This document shows positions 1-8,480 of a stretch of 64,000 nt of DNA, in pieces. The stretch is taken from positions 50,662 to 114,661 of the forward strand of contig JAZOTH010000025.1 of NCBI GenBank assembly GCA_045657545.1, given 5' to 3'. A program made the position numbers and the translations under genes. The notes under the pieces were generated by a model. That model was given only the letters and a program-made list of their open reading frames with translations, searched no databases and had not been told where the DNA came from. Source of the stretch: Tidjanibacter sp. Its GTDB lineage: Bacteria > Bacteroidota > Bacteroidia > Bacteroidales > Rikenellaceae. Every line of letters begins with the position of its first letter. Within the stretch, counting starts at the first letter, position 1.

Positions 1-768
1 AGCCTGCGAGATACCGAGCTGCATACGGTATTCGATGCGGGGACGCTCGGCGATACGGCCACGCTTGGTGGTGATTACAATTACACCATTTGCCGCCCTG
101 GCACCATAGATGGAGGTCGAAGATGCATCTTTGAGTACCGAAAGGGACTCAATGTCGGCAGGGTTGATGGTGTTGAAGTCGCTTGCTGAGATGGGCACAC
201 CGTCGAGAATGTAGAGAGGGGCAGTACCCGAGTTGATGGAGTTGGTACCACGAATGGTCATAGTTGCCGCTGCGCTGGGCTCACCGGTGTTGGAGAGTAC
301 CGACAGACCGGCAACCTGTCCTTGCAGTGCTTGGTCGAAGGCCGCTGTGGGTGTGCTCTCTACCTTTTCGGCCTTGACGGTTGAAACCGAGCCGGCCACG
401 GTGCCCTTCTTGCGGACTGCATAGGCGATTACAACCACATCTTCGAGCACCTCGCTCTCGCTCTCCATCTCCACATTGCGGATAGCCTCGCTAACGCCCG
501 TGGGGACCTTCCAAGTCACATCCTTGTAGCCCATATAGGAGAATGTGAGCGTTGTGCCTTCGGTGGCATCAATTGTGTACGTTCCATCAACGAAGGTTGT
601 GACACCTTGCATTGACTCTGTCAGAATGGTCACGCCGATAAGGGGCTCGCCATTTGCGGCATCCACAACCTTACCGCTGACCGACACCTTCCCGCCTTGT
701 GCATAAAGACTTGAAGATGTGAGCACTAAGAGTGCTGCAAATAATAGTTTGGTCAGAATGTTTCTCAT
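1..768 (-). CDS. SusC/RagA-family TonB-dependent outer-membrane receptor, N-terminal part (gene continues past the left edge)
   Basis: Own minus-strand translation from ATG at 768: MRNILTKLLFAALLVLTSSSLYAQGGKVSVSGKVVDAANGEPLIGVTI (signal peptide plus carboxypeptidase-regulatory-like domain). Plug motifs follow: IRGTNSINSGTAPLYILDGVPIS and SVLKDASSTSIYGARAANGVIVITTKRG. It is absent from the ORF track because it has no stop in the window. Confidence 0.8.
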   Translation of the reverse strand, partial: MRNILTKLLFAALLVLTSSSLYAQGGKVSVSGKVVDAANGEPLIGVTILTESMQGVTTFVDGTYTIDATEGTTLTFSYMGYKDVTWKVPTGVSEAIRNVEMESESEVLEDVVVIAYAVRKKGTVAGSVSTVKAEKVESTPTAAFDQALQGQVAGLSVLSNTGEPSAAATMTIRGTNSINSGTAPLYILDGVPISASDFNTINPADIESLSVLKDASSTSIYGARAANGVIVITTKRGRIAERPRIEYRMQLGISQA

Positions 769-956
769 AACCCACAAAAGTAGAAATATTTTTGTGAAGT
801 TACACCTCTCGGATACCTTATTTTAATAAATAAGTTATTAACACATTGTTAATATTTCTCTTTGAGGTGAGAAAATGTTGGCAAAATAACTCCCCGAGGG
901 CGTGGATTTTCAAAGAGGATTTTGTACCTTTGCGATGGCTAAAATGAGAGTGAAAA

Positions 957-1937
957 ATGATGAAAAAACTATTGCTTCTGACTCTGTTTCTCGGCTCGAT
1001 TGTTGGAGCTAATGCCCAAGTGGTCGAGATGAAAACATATACCTACACCCATCGTGGCCAAGAGCCTCTCTATCTGGATGTTTACTCTGTTGGTGAGGAT
1101 GTTGAGCCTTGTCTTTTGTATGTCTTCGGTGGGGCTTTTCTGACGGGCTCGCGTGCCGAAAAAGAGGTTGTGGAGGTCTATGAGTATTTTGCCCGCAGGG
1201 GGTGGAAAGTTGTAGCCATCGACTACCGCTTGGGCCTCAAACCTCTCATCGAAGAGCCCGAGGTGAAACGCTCGTTGTTCGATTTTAGGGCTATGCTGGT
1301 GGATGCTATTGATGTGGCTGTGGAGGATTTGCTGGAAGCGACAGCCTATTTGGTTGCCAACTCTTCGGTTTTGGGCATTGATCCCGAGAGAATTGTGACT
1401 CTCGGTGCGAGTGCGGGTGCCATTACGGTGTGTCAGGCGGAGTGGGTGTTGGCCAATTCGCAACCTATGTCGGCAGTGCTGCCCGCCAATTTCGATTATG
1501 CAGGGGTTATCTCTATGGCGGGAGCCATTTGTGCCTCGGGACGAAAGTTGGAGTGGGCAAAGGAGCCTTGTCCGATGTTGCTCTTCCACGGCAATGCCGA
1601 CCGCAATGTCCCCTATGGAAAACAGTCGCTGTTGAGTGTGTCGCTCTTCGGCTCGGAGGCTATTGCTGAGTCGTTGGACGAGAGGGGGGCACCCTATTGG
1701 TTCTACGATGCCAACAATATGGACCATAACTTCTCGTGGCGGCCTATGTACTACCTTCGCCCCGAAATAGAGATGTTTGCCGAGCGTATGGCTTTTGGTG
1801 GTGAGAGGTTGCAGATTCATCAAGTGGTCAACGATATGTCGCTTGAAGAGAGGGAACACAATTTCGGCCTGAAAGATTACATAAAAGCAAACTTTGCACC
1901 AGGTATACCACGCGGTGTAGATGCTGCGGTGTATTAG
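957..1937 (+). CDS. secreted alpha/beta-hydrolase (esterase/lipase-like)
   Basis: 326 aa with signal peptide MMKKLLLLTLFLGSIVGANA. It has an LYVFGGAF oxyanion-type motif, a GASAGA nucleophile elbow, and late HGNADRNVP and DH residues. Confidence 0.7.
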   Translation: MMKKLLLLTLFLGSIVGANAQVVEMKTYTYTHRGQEPLYLDVYSVGEDVEPCLLYVFGGAFLTGSRAEKEVVEVYEYFARRGWKVVAIDYRLGLKPLIEEPEVKRSLFDFRAMLVDAIDVAVEDLLEATAYLVANSSVLGIDPERIVTLGASAGAITVCQAEWVLANSQPMSAVLPANFDYAGVISMAGAICASGRKLEWAKEPCPMLLFHGNADRNVPYGKQSLLSVSLFGSEAIAESLDERGAPYWFYDANNMDHNFSWRPMYYLRPEIEMFAERMAFGGERLQIHQVVNDMSLEEREHNFGLKDYIKANFAPGIPRGVDAAVY

Positions 1938-1982
1938 AAAATCCGACTTGTCAATTAAATGTTGAAAAAATGGGCGTAGGGA

Positions 1983-2014
1983 GTTGGAAAATTGATTTTT
2001 GCATCGTACTTTTG
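1983..2014 (+). promoter_or_regulatory. candidate Bacteroidetes-type promoter of the pyr block (-33-like TTGG, -7 box TActTTTG)
   Basis: TACTTTTG at 2007-2014 matches TAnnTTTG. TTGG at 1983-1986 lies 20 nt upstream. The box lies upstream of the 2135-2170 hairpin. Confidence 0.4.
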
Positions 2015-2134
2015 TGGGCAAATAAATGACAAAAGAAGCCATGACCGTTTGCAGAATAGAGTCCCGAGTTGCGCGAAAACATCGCAATTTGAGCCCATTG
2101 AGGTCGCGTTGTCTTTTGTCCATTTTTGAGTTTT

Positions 2135-2170
2135 AGAGGTAAGTCGCCCCCGCGAGTTACCTCTTTTTTT
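2135..2170 (+). terminator. intrinsic terminator/attenuator hairpin 27 nt upstream of pyrC
   Basis: AGAGGTAAGTCGC (2135-2147) pairs with GCGAGTTACCTCT (2152-2164): 12 bp with one mismatch and a CCCC loop, followed by a run of T to 2170. Confidence 0.7.
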
Positions 2171-2196
2171 ATGCCTAAATTATTGCATTAGGGGGT

Positions 2197-3477
2197 ATGA
2201 ATTCTATGGCAAGAGTAAGTTTTGTAATCGCAGGTGCCAACGTATGGCACAAAGGTGCCTTTTCGGTGTGCGATGTCTTGGTGGAAGATGGCAGGGTTGT
2301 GGCCATTGCAGAGAGCATAACTCCCAGTGAGGGCATAAGGGTAGTAGAGGGACACGGTCGAGTGCTCCTGCCCGGTTTGGTCGATATGCACGTTCATCTG
2401 CGTGAGCCCGGCTACTCCTACAAAGAGACCATTACAAGCGGAACAAGGGCTGCTGCAAAGGGTGGTTTTACGACCGTTTGCCCAATGCCCAATCTGAATC
2501 CCGCCCCCGATACAGTGGAGAATCTCCAACAACAACTCGATATAATTGCCCGCGATGCCTGCATTGAGGTGTTGCCCTATGCAACTATTACCACCGCCCG
2601 CAAAGGTGAAGAGTGTGTAGATTTTGATGCACTTGCTCCTCTTGTGGCAGGATTCTCCGACGATGGCACAGGTGTTCAGTCCGCCGAGGTGATGGAGAGG
2701 GCAATGAAGGGCGTTGCAAAGACGGGTAAATTGCTCGCCGCCCACTGCGAGGTGGAGAGCCTCCTTAAAGGTGGCTACATCCACGATGGCGAGTGGTGTA
2801 GGGCTCATAACCATAGAGGTATCTGCTCCGAGAGTGAGTGGGGCGAGGTGAAGAGAGATATTGAGATTGCCGAGCGCACGGGTTGCCGCCTGCATGTTTG
2901 CCACATCTCGACCAAGGAGAGTGTGGAGCTCATCCGCGCAGCGAAGGCTCGCGGTGTGAGAGTGACGTGTGAAACCGCACCTCACTATTTGGCCCTTTGT
3001 GATGAGGATATGCGCGAGGAGGGACGATTCAAGATGAATCCTCCGTTGCGTTCAAGGGCCGATATGGAGGCTTTGCGCGAGGGTGTTGCCGATGGTACGA
3101 TAGACGTTATCGCCACCGACCACGCACCCCACTCGGCAGAGGAGAAATCCAAAGGCTTGGCGGAGAGTGCTATGGGTGTTGTGGGTATAGAAACCTCTCT
3201 TGCTGCCATCTACACCTTTATGGTGGGCGGAGGGATTATCTCGCTCGAAAGGTTGGTGGAGATAATGTCCTTGACTCCCCGCAAACTGCTCGGAATCGGT
3301 GGCGGAATCGAGGAGGGAGAGATGTTGGATGCCACGCTGGTGGATTTGTGTGCCGAATATAACGTGAATCCTGCGGAATTTGTGTCGATGGGTAGGAGTA
3401 CTCCATTTGATGGTATGCGACTAAGGGGTGAGGTGCTTCTGACTGTCGCAGATGGTAGGGTTGTGTATGAAAAATAG
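2197..3477 (+). CDS. pyrC: dihydroorotase
   Basis: 426 aa with the DMHVHLREPG metal-binding motif and ATDHAPH. It lies at the head of the pyr gene run. Confidence 0.9.
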   Translation: MNSMARVSFVIAGANVWHKGAFSVCDVLVEDGRVVAIAESITPSEGIRVVEGHGRVLLPGLVDMHVHLREPGYSYKETITSGTRAAAKGGFTTVCPMPNLNPAPDTVENLQQQLDIIARDACIEVLPYATITTARKGEECVDFDALAPLVAGFSDDGTGVQSAEVMERAMKGVAKTGKLLAAHCEVESLLKGGYIHDGEWCRAHNHRGICSESEWGEVKRDIEIAERTGCRLHVCHISTKESVELIRAAKARGVRVTCETAPHYLALCDEDMREEGRFKMNPPLRSRADMEALREGVADGTIDVIATDHAPHSAEEKSKGLAESAMGVVGIETSLAAIYTFMVGGGIISLERLVEIMSLTPRKLLGIGGGIEEGEMLDATLVDLCAEYNVNPAEFVSMGRSTPFDGMRLRGEVLLTVADGRVVYEK

Positions 3478-3487
3478 CCAAGAGAGA

Positions 3488-4231
3488 ATGTATAAGAGAG
3501 ATTTATATAAAGTTGTGTCCAATGAGAAAATCTCGGCCAAGACCGTGAAGATGGTTTTGGAGGGTGACACACGGTATATTACCCGCTCGGGACAGTTTGT
3601 GAATGTCGCTGTGGAGGGTAAGTTTTTGCGTCGCCCCATCTCGGTGTGTGACTACGATGAGAAGACAATAACCCTGCTCTACGATGTTGTGGGCGAGGGT
3701 ACGAAGGCTATGAGCCTTATGAAGACAGGCCAGATGGTCGATTTGCTCACGGGTTTGGGCAACGGCTTCTCGGAGGAGGTTGCTTGTGTGCGCCCTGCGC
3801 TGCTTGGTGGCGGTATCGGTTGTGCTCCATTGTACAATTTGGCAAAGAAACTCATTGCACGAGGTGTTAAGCCCGTTGTGATTTTGGGATTCAATAGCCA
3901 GGCCGATGTGGTTGCCGATGAGATGTTTGAGGAGTTGGGCGTTGAAACCTATATTGCAACTGTAGATGGCTCAAAGGGTACCAAAGGGTTTGTTACCGAC
4001 GTAATCAGAGAGAAAGGTTTGGAGTGCGACTACTTCTACGCTTGTGGCCCAATGCCTATGTTGAAGGCTGTGTGTGGCGGCTTGGAGTGGAGGGGCGAGG
4101 TGAGCCTCGATGAGAGAATGGCGTGTGGCTTTGGTGTGTGTATGTGTTGCAGCATCGAGACCAAGAGTGGCGCAAAGAGAATCTGCAAGGAGGGCCCCGT
4201 ATTTAGCAAGGAGGATTTGATATGGAAGTAA
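3488..4231 (+). CDS. pyrK: dihydroorotate dehydrogenase (class 1B) electron-transfer subunit
   Basis: Ferredoxin-reductase-like protein with C-terminal 2Fe-2S cysteines CGFGVCMCCS...C. I chose the start at MYKRDLYKVVSNEKI (3488). The ORF-track start at 3452 lies inside pyrC, and 3467 is an alternative. Confidence 0.85.
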   Translation: MYKRDLYKVVSNEKISAKTVKMVLEGDTRYITRSGQFVNVAVEGKFLRRPISVCDYDEKTITLLYDVVGEGTKAMSLMKTGQMVDLLTGLGNGFSEEVACVRPALLGGGIGCAPLYNLAKKLIARGVKPVVILGFNSQADVVADEMFEELGVETYIATVDGSKGTKGFVTDVIREKGLECDYFYACGPMPMLKAVCGGLEWRGEVSLDERMACGFGVCMCCSIETKSGAKRICKEGPVFSKEDLIWK

Positions 4232-5142
4232 AACGCGATATGAGTGTTGTGTTGAGCGGTGTTAGGCTCGACAATCCCGTGATACCTGCAAGCGGTTGCT
4301 TCGGCTACGGCTATGGTATGGCGGAGTTTTATGATATAGACATCCTTGGTTCTATCTCCTTTAAGGGTACTACCCGCGAGGCTCGCTATGGTAATCCATT
4401 GCCCCGCGTTGCCGAGTGTAGGGAGGGGATGATTAACGCTGTGGGATTGCAAAACCCAGGTATTGACGCTGTTATCGCCGAGGAGTTGCCCAAGATGCGC
4501 GAGAGGTTCCACAAACCCATCATTGCCAACATTAGTGGCTTTTCGATTGACGAATATGTGGAGTGCTGCGAGAAAATCACCCATCAGGAGCAGGTGGAGA
4601 TTATCGAACTCAACGTCTCGTGCCCCAATGTGCACGGTGGCGGTATGAGCTTTGGTACCTCACCCGAAAGTGTAGCCGAGGTTGTGAGAGCCGTAAAGAG
4701 GGTAGTTACTAAACCTCTCTATGTGAAACTCACACCCAATGTTACGGATATCGTGGCTATTGCCAAGGCGGCCGAGGAAGCAGGCGCAGATGGAATCTGC
4801 CTGATTAATACGATGCTTGGTATGAGGATAGACACCAAAACCCGCAAACCTGTTATTGCCAATAAGATGGGCGGTTTTTCGGGTGCTGCGGTCTTTCCTG
4901 TGGCTGTGAGGATGGTCTATCAGGTGGCTAAGGCTTGTAGTATTCCCGTGATTGGCTGCGGTGGCGTGGAGAGCGCGAGTGATGTAATCGAAATGATGAT
5001 GGCGGGTGCTACGGCCGTTGAGGTGGGCGCTGCCAATCTGCGAAACCCCTACGCCTGCAAGGAGATTATTGAGGCTCTGCCCGCAGAGATGGAGCGACTT
5101 GGAATTGAGAAATTGTCAGACATAATTGGTATTGTAAAGTGA
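4222..5142 (+). CDS. pyrD: dihydroorotate dehydrogenase class 1B catalytic subunit
   Basis: Motifs NPVIPASGCFGYG, LNVSCPN and GCGGVESASD. An alternative start is ATG 4240 (MSVVLSG). Confidence 0.9.
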   Translation: MEVKRDMSVVLSGVRLDNPVIPASGCFGYGYGMAEFYDIDILGSISFKGTTREARYGNPLPRVAECREGMINAVGLQNPGIDAVIAEELPKMRERFHKPIIANISGFSIDEYVECCEKITHQEQVEIIELNVSCPNVHGGGMSFGTSPESVAEVVRAVKRVVTKPLYVKLTPNVTDIVAIAKAAEEAGADGICLINTMLGMRIDTKTRKPVIANKMGGFSGAAVFPVAVRMVYQVAKACSIPVIGCGGVESASDVIEMMMAGATAVEVGAANLRNPYACKEIIEALPAEMERLGIEKLSDIIGIVK

Positions 5143-5855
5143 TGAATGCAAAAGATGTAATTATTGCCTGTGACTTTGCGTCGGCAGAGGAAACCCTCAC
5201 CTTCTTGGATAAATTTTCGGGCGAGGAGCGCAAACCTTTCTTGAAAATCGGTATGGAACTCTACTATGCCGAGGGTAACGCCATCGTTAGAGAGATTAAA
5301 CGCAGGGGCCACAAGATTTTCCTCGACCTGAAACTGCACGACATTCCAAATACGGTGCGCAAGGCTATGAGGGTTCTCTCGGCCCTGGATGTGGATATGG
5401 TGAATGTTCACGCAGCCGGTACTGTGGAGATGATGAGGGCGGCAAAAGAGGGACTCACCCGCGCAGATGGAACACGACCTCTGCTGATTGCAGTAACCCA
5501 GCTTACCTCCACCTCGGAGCAGGTTATGCAGGAGGAGCTCTTGATTAATGCAACCATTGGCGATACTATTATCAAATATGCCGAAAATGCCAAGGCGGCA
5601 GGTCTGGATGGCGTTGTTTGTTCGCCTCTGGAATCGACCATCGTTAAGTCGGCTTGTGGCGAGGAGTTTATGACCATCACTCCCGGTATCCGCTTTGCCG
5701 AGTCGGCAGCCGATGACCAAGTGCGCATCACCTCACCCGCAAGGGCACGTCAGCTGGGCTCGGACTATATCGTTGTAGGCCGCCCAATTACCGCTGCCGA
5801 AGACCCCGTTGCGGCTTATCGTAAATGTGTTAGCGAATTTTTGAAACTCAACTAA
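5142..5855 (+). CDS. pyrF: orotidine 5'-phosphate decarboxylase
   Basis: Motifs IIACDF, FLDLKLHDIPNTV and IVVGRPIT. The ATG at 5142 overlaps the pyrD TGA; the track start at 5139 is a GTG. Confidence 0.9.
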   Translation: MNAKDVIIACDFASAEETLTFLDKFSGEERKPFLKIGMELYYAEGNAIVREIKRRGHKIFLDLKLHDIPNTVRKAMRVLSALDVDMVNVHAAGTVEMMRAAKEGLTRADGTRPLLIAVTQLTSTSEQVMQEELLINATIGDTIIKYAENAKAAGLDGVVCSPLESTIVKSACGEEFMTITPGIRFAESAADDQVRITSPARARQLGSDYIVVGRPITAAEDPVAAYRKCVSEFLKLN

Positions 5856-5856
5856 T

Positions 5857-6495
5857 ATGACAACAGAGAAGATTATTGCAGCCCAACTGCTCTCCATTAA
5901 GGCGGTATTCCTCCGCCCCGAGGAGCCTTTCACTTGGGCAAGTGGCATCAAAAGCCCTATTTATTGTGACAACCGCTTGATTCTCACCGCTCCCAAAGCT
6001 CGCAAGGTGGTGGAGAGTGCTATTGCACAGACCGTCAAAGAACGCTTCCCCGAAGCGGAGGTGCTGATGGGTACAAGTACTGCGGGTATTGCCCACGCAG
6101 CCATCGCGGCCGATATGCTGGATATGCCTATGGGTTATGTGCGCGGTAGTGCCAAAGACCACGGTAGGGGCAACCGCATCGAGGGCCGCTTGGAGAAGGG
6201 CGCAAAGGTGGTTGTGATTGAGGATTTGATCTCCACAGGTGGTAGCTGTATTGATGTTGTTGAGGCCTTGCGCGAGGCAGGTGCCGAGGTGTTGGGCGTT
6301 GTGAGCATCTTTACCTACGGAATGAAAAAAGGCATCGAAAGACTCGCTGCTGCGGGCGTTGTAAACTACTCGCTCTCGAACTTCGATACTCTTGTTGAGG
6401 TGGCTGTTGAGGAGGGTTATATTGCCCCCGAAGATGAGGCCCGATTGAAACAATTTATGTCCAACCCACAAGACGAAAGTTGGATGAACAAATAG
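5857..6495 (+). CDS. pyrE: orotate phosphoribosyltransferase
   Basis: PRPP-binding motif VVVIEDLISTGGS. It starts 1 nt after the pyrF stop. Confidence 0.9.
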   Translation: MTTEKIIAAQLLSIKAVFLRPEEPFTWASGIKSPIYCDNRLILTAPKARKVVESAIAQTVKERFPEAEVLMGTSTAGIAHAAIAADMLDMPMGYVRGSAKDHGRGNRIEGRLEKGAKVVVIEDLISTGGSCIDVVEALREAGAEVLGVVSIFTYGMKKGIERLAAAGVVNYSLSNFDTLVEVAVEEGYIAPEDEARLKQFMSNPQDESWMNK

Positions 6496-6558
6496 CTGAA
6501 AATAGACAAAAGGTTAGTTAAATAAATACTTTAATCCAAATTAAACAAATATAGAAAT

Positions 6559-7647
6559 ATGAGACACTTGATTGACCCCACAGACCTTTCGATGCAGGAG
6601 CTTAATGAGATTATTGCACTTGCGGAGGACATCATCGAAAATCGTGAGAAATACACCGAGGCTTGTAAGGGTAAAAAACTCGCAACGCTCTTCTATGAGC
6701 CAAGTACTCGTACTCGTTTGAGCTTCACCTCGGCAATGTTGGAGCTCGGTGGTACCGTTCTCGGTTTCTCGGATGCAAAGAGCTCTTCGGTAGCCAAAGG
6801 TGAGACCTGCGCCGACACCACTCGTACCATCAACTGCTTTGCAGATATTATCGCAATGCGTCACTTTGAGGAGGGTGCTGCTCTTGTTGCTGCCAACAAC
6901 TCGCGCATCCCCGTTATCAATGCAGGTGACGGTAGCCACAGCCACCCCACACAGACTTTGACAGACCTTCTCACCATCAAACGTGAGGTGGGCCGTTTCG
7001 ATAACCTCACCATCGGTTTCTGCGGTGACCTTCGTTTTGGTCGTACCGTTCACTCGCTCATCAAGGCTATGTCGCGCTATGAGGGTGTGAAAGTTGTGCT
7101 CATCGCTCCCGAGCAGTTGCGTTTGCCCAGCTATATGAGGCACGAGGTGTGTGAGAAAAACAATATCCCCTACAAGGAGGTTGCAACTATGGAAGAGGTT
7201 ATGGGTGAGTTGGATATCCTCTATATGACTCGCGTGCAGAAAGAGCGTTTCTTGGATGAGGACGAGTTCGACCGCGTAAAGGATAGCTTCATCCTTGACC
7301 CCTCGAAACTCAAAAATGCTCGCCCCAATATGTGCATCCTTCACCCCCTGCCTCGTGTAAATGAGATTACTGTGGAGGTGGATGCTGACCCCAGGGCTGC
7401 ATACTTCCGTCAGGTTGAGAATGGTAAGTTTGTGCGTATGGCACTCATTATGAAACTTCTCGAATGGGCAAAAGATGACAGCAAGACCATCAGTCTGATT
7501 CCCGAGGATGCAGTTCGCAACGAGTATGTATGTAGCAACAAACGCTGTATCTCCAATATGGAGAACGTGGATTCCTACTTCCGTCCCCGTACCGACAAGC
7601 CCGGTAAATACCGTTGCGTATATTGCGAGTCGAAGGCTAAATTGTAG
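6559..7647 (+). CDS. pyrB: aspartate carbamoyltransferase catalytic chain fused to a PyrI-type zinc domain
   Basis: ATCase motifs [12 protein letters not shown] and HPLPR. An extra C-terminal segment of about 57 aa, [40 protein letters not shown], has the C-x4-C...C-x2-C pattern of the PyrI Zn domain. Confidence 0.88.
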   Translation: MRHLIDPTDLSMQELNEIIALAEDIIENREKYTEACKGKKLATLFYEPSTRTRLSFTSAMLELGGTVLGFSDAKSSSVAKGETCADTTRTINCFADIIAMRHFEEGAALVAANNSRIPVINAGDGSHSHPTQTLTDLLTIKREVGRFDNLTIGFCGDLRFGRTVHSLIKAMSRYEGVKVVLIAPEQLRLPSYMRHEVCEKNNIPYKEVATMEEVMGELDILYMTRVQKERFLDEDEFDRVKDSFILDPSKLKNARPNMCILHPLPRVNEITVEVDADPRAAYFRQVENGKFVRMALIMKLLEWAKDDSKTISLIPEDAVRNEYVCSNKRCISNMENVDSYFRPRTDKPGKYRCVYCESKAKL

Positions 7648-7687
7648 TGCGCAATTGTTGATAAGTTATTGAAAACTTCATTTTCTT

Positions 7688-7712
7688 TTTGAGAAAAATA
7701 GACGTACATTTG
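7688..7712 (+). promoter_or_regulatory. candidate promoter of the pur block (-7 box TAcaTTTG)
   Basis: TACATTTG at 7705-7712 matches TAnnTTTG. A TTTG at 7688-7691 lies upstream with shorter than ideal spacing. Confidence 0.35.
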
Positions 7713-7901
7713 TGCTGTTGAATCAAGGGAGGTTATTTAGTGTATAGATACCGAAATATATCCGCTATGGATCGAGTGCGACATAGGGTGGTGGGCATAG
7801 GAGTTGCTCGCCAAGTGGCTTGGGGGCTTGAAATGGCTCTTGCTGCCGAGAAGTGCGCACCCTTGATGGCAAAAAGTGCGACCGAAAAAGAGAAATAGGA
7901 T

Positions 7902-7942
7902 GAGTGTGACCGCCGATGTAATAGTCTGGCGGTCACTCTTTT
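7902..7942 (+). terminator. terminator-like hairpin 25 nt upstream of purE (attenuator or partial pyr/pur terminator)
   Basis: GTGACCGCC (7906-7914) pairs with GGCGGTCAC (7928-7936) around a 13-nt loop, followed by TCTTTTA (only four T). Confidence 0.5.
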
Positions 7943-7966
7943 ATGGAAAATACATAGAGCAAAAAT

Positions 7967-8434
7967 ATGAAAATTGGCGTTGTGATGGGCTCGACAAGCG
8001 ATTGGGGTGTTATGTCGGGTGCTACTGCTATTTTGGAGCAGTTTGGAGTTGAATACGAGAAGAGAGTGTTGAGTGCTCACCGCACTCCCCACGAGTTGGA
8101 AGAGTGGGCAAGTGGCGCAAGAGAGCGCGGATTTGCCGCAATTATTGCAGGTGCGGGTGGCGCAGCACACCTTGCAGGTGTGGTTGCAGCTTTCACCACA
8201 CTGCCCGTAATCGGTGTGCCTATCAAGTCGCGCTCGCTCGAAGGTCTGGATTCGCTCCTCTCGATGGTGCAGATGCCTTCGGGTATTCCCGTTGCAACTG
8301 TTGGTATTGATGGAGCCAAGAATGCGGCACTGTTGGCTGTTGCTATGTTGGCAGTGACGGATGCCGAGGTAAAACGCAAACTCGACGATTTCCGCAAGGA
8401 GCAGGCCGACAAGGTGCTTGCCTCGGAGATTTAG
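7967..8434 (+). CDS. purE: N5-carboxyaminoimidazole ribonucleotide mutase (class I PurE)
   Basis: Motifs GSTSDW, SAHRTP and AGGAAHL, as in class I enzymes. Confidence 0.92.
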   Translation: MKIGVVMGSTSDWGVMSGATAILEQFGVEYEKRVLSAHRTPHELEEWASGARERGFAAIIAGAGGAAHLAGVVAAFTTLPVIGVPIKSRSLEGLDSLLSMVQMPSGIPVATVGIDGAKNAALLAVAMLAVTDAEVKRKLDDFRKEQADKVLASEI

Positions 8435-8480
8435 TCGAAACGTATAAGGAGAGATTAACTACAACCCAAATATTGAGTAG

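Noticed and set aside
7700-7966. Known riboswitch classes upstream of purE (purine/guanine, ZTP-pfl, PRPP-ykkC, THF).
   Set aside because: I looked for the hallmark strings: UAUAAUCGCG...CCGUAAAU...GACUAUG for purine, GACUGGCG ... CCGCCUGGGC in that order for ZTP, and GGUCCGAGAG for ykkC. None was present. The CUGGCGG/GACCGCC strings found here are simply the two arms of the terminator hairpin, in the wrong order for ZTP. A proper Infernal scan is still needed.
7733-8170. 145-aa minus-strand ORF covering the pur leader and the start of purE.
   Set aside because: It overlaps purE antisense, has no recognisable features, and the region is better explained as a 5' leader.
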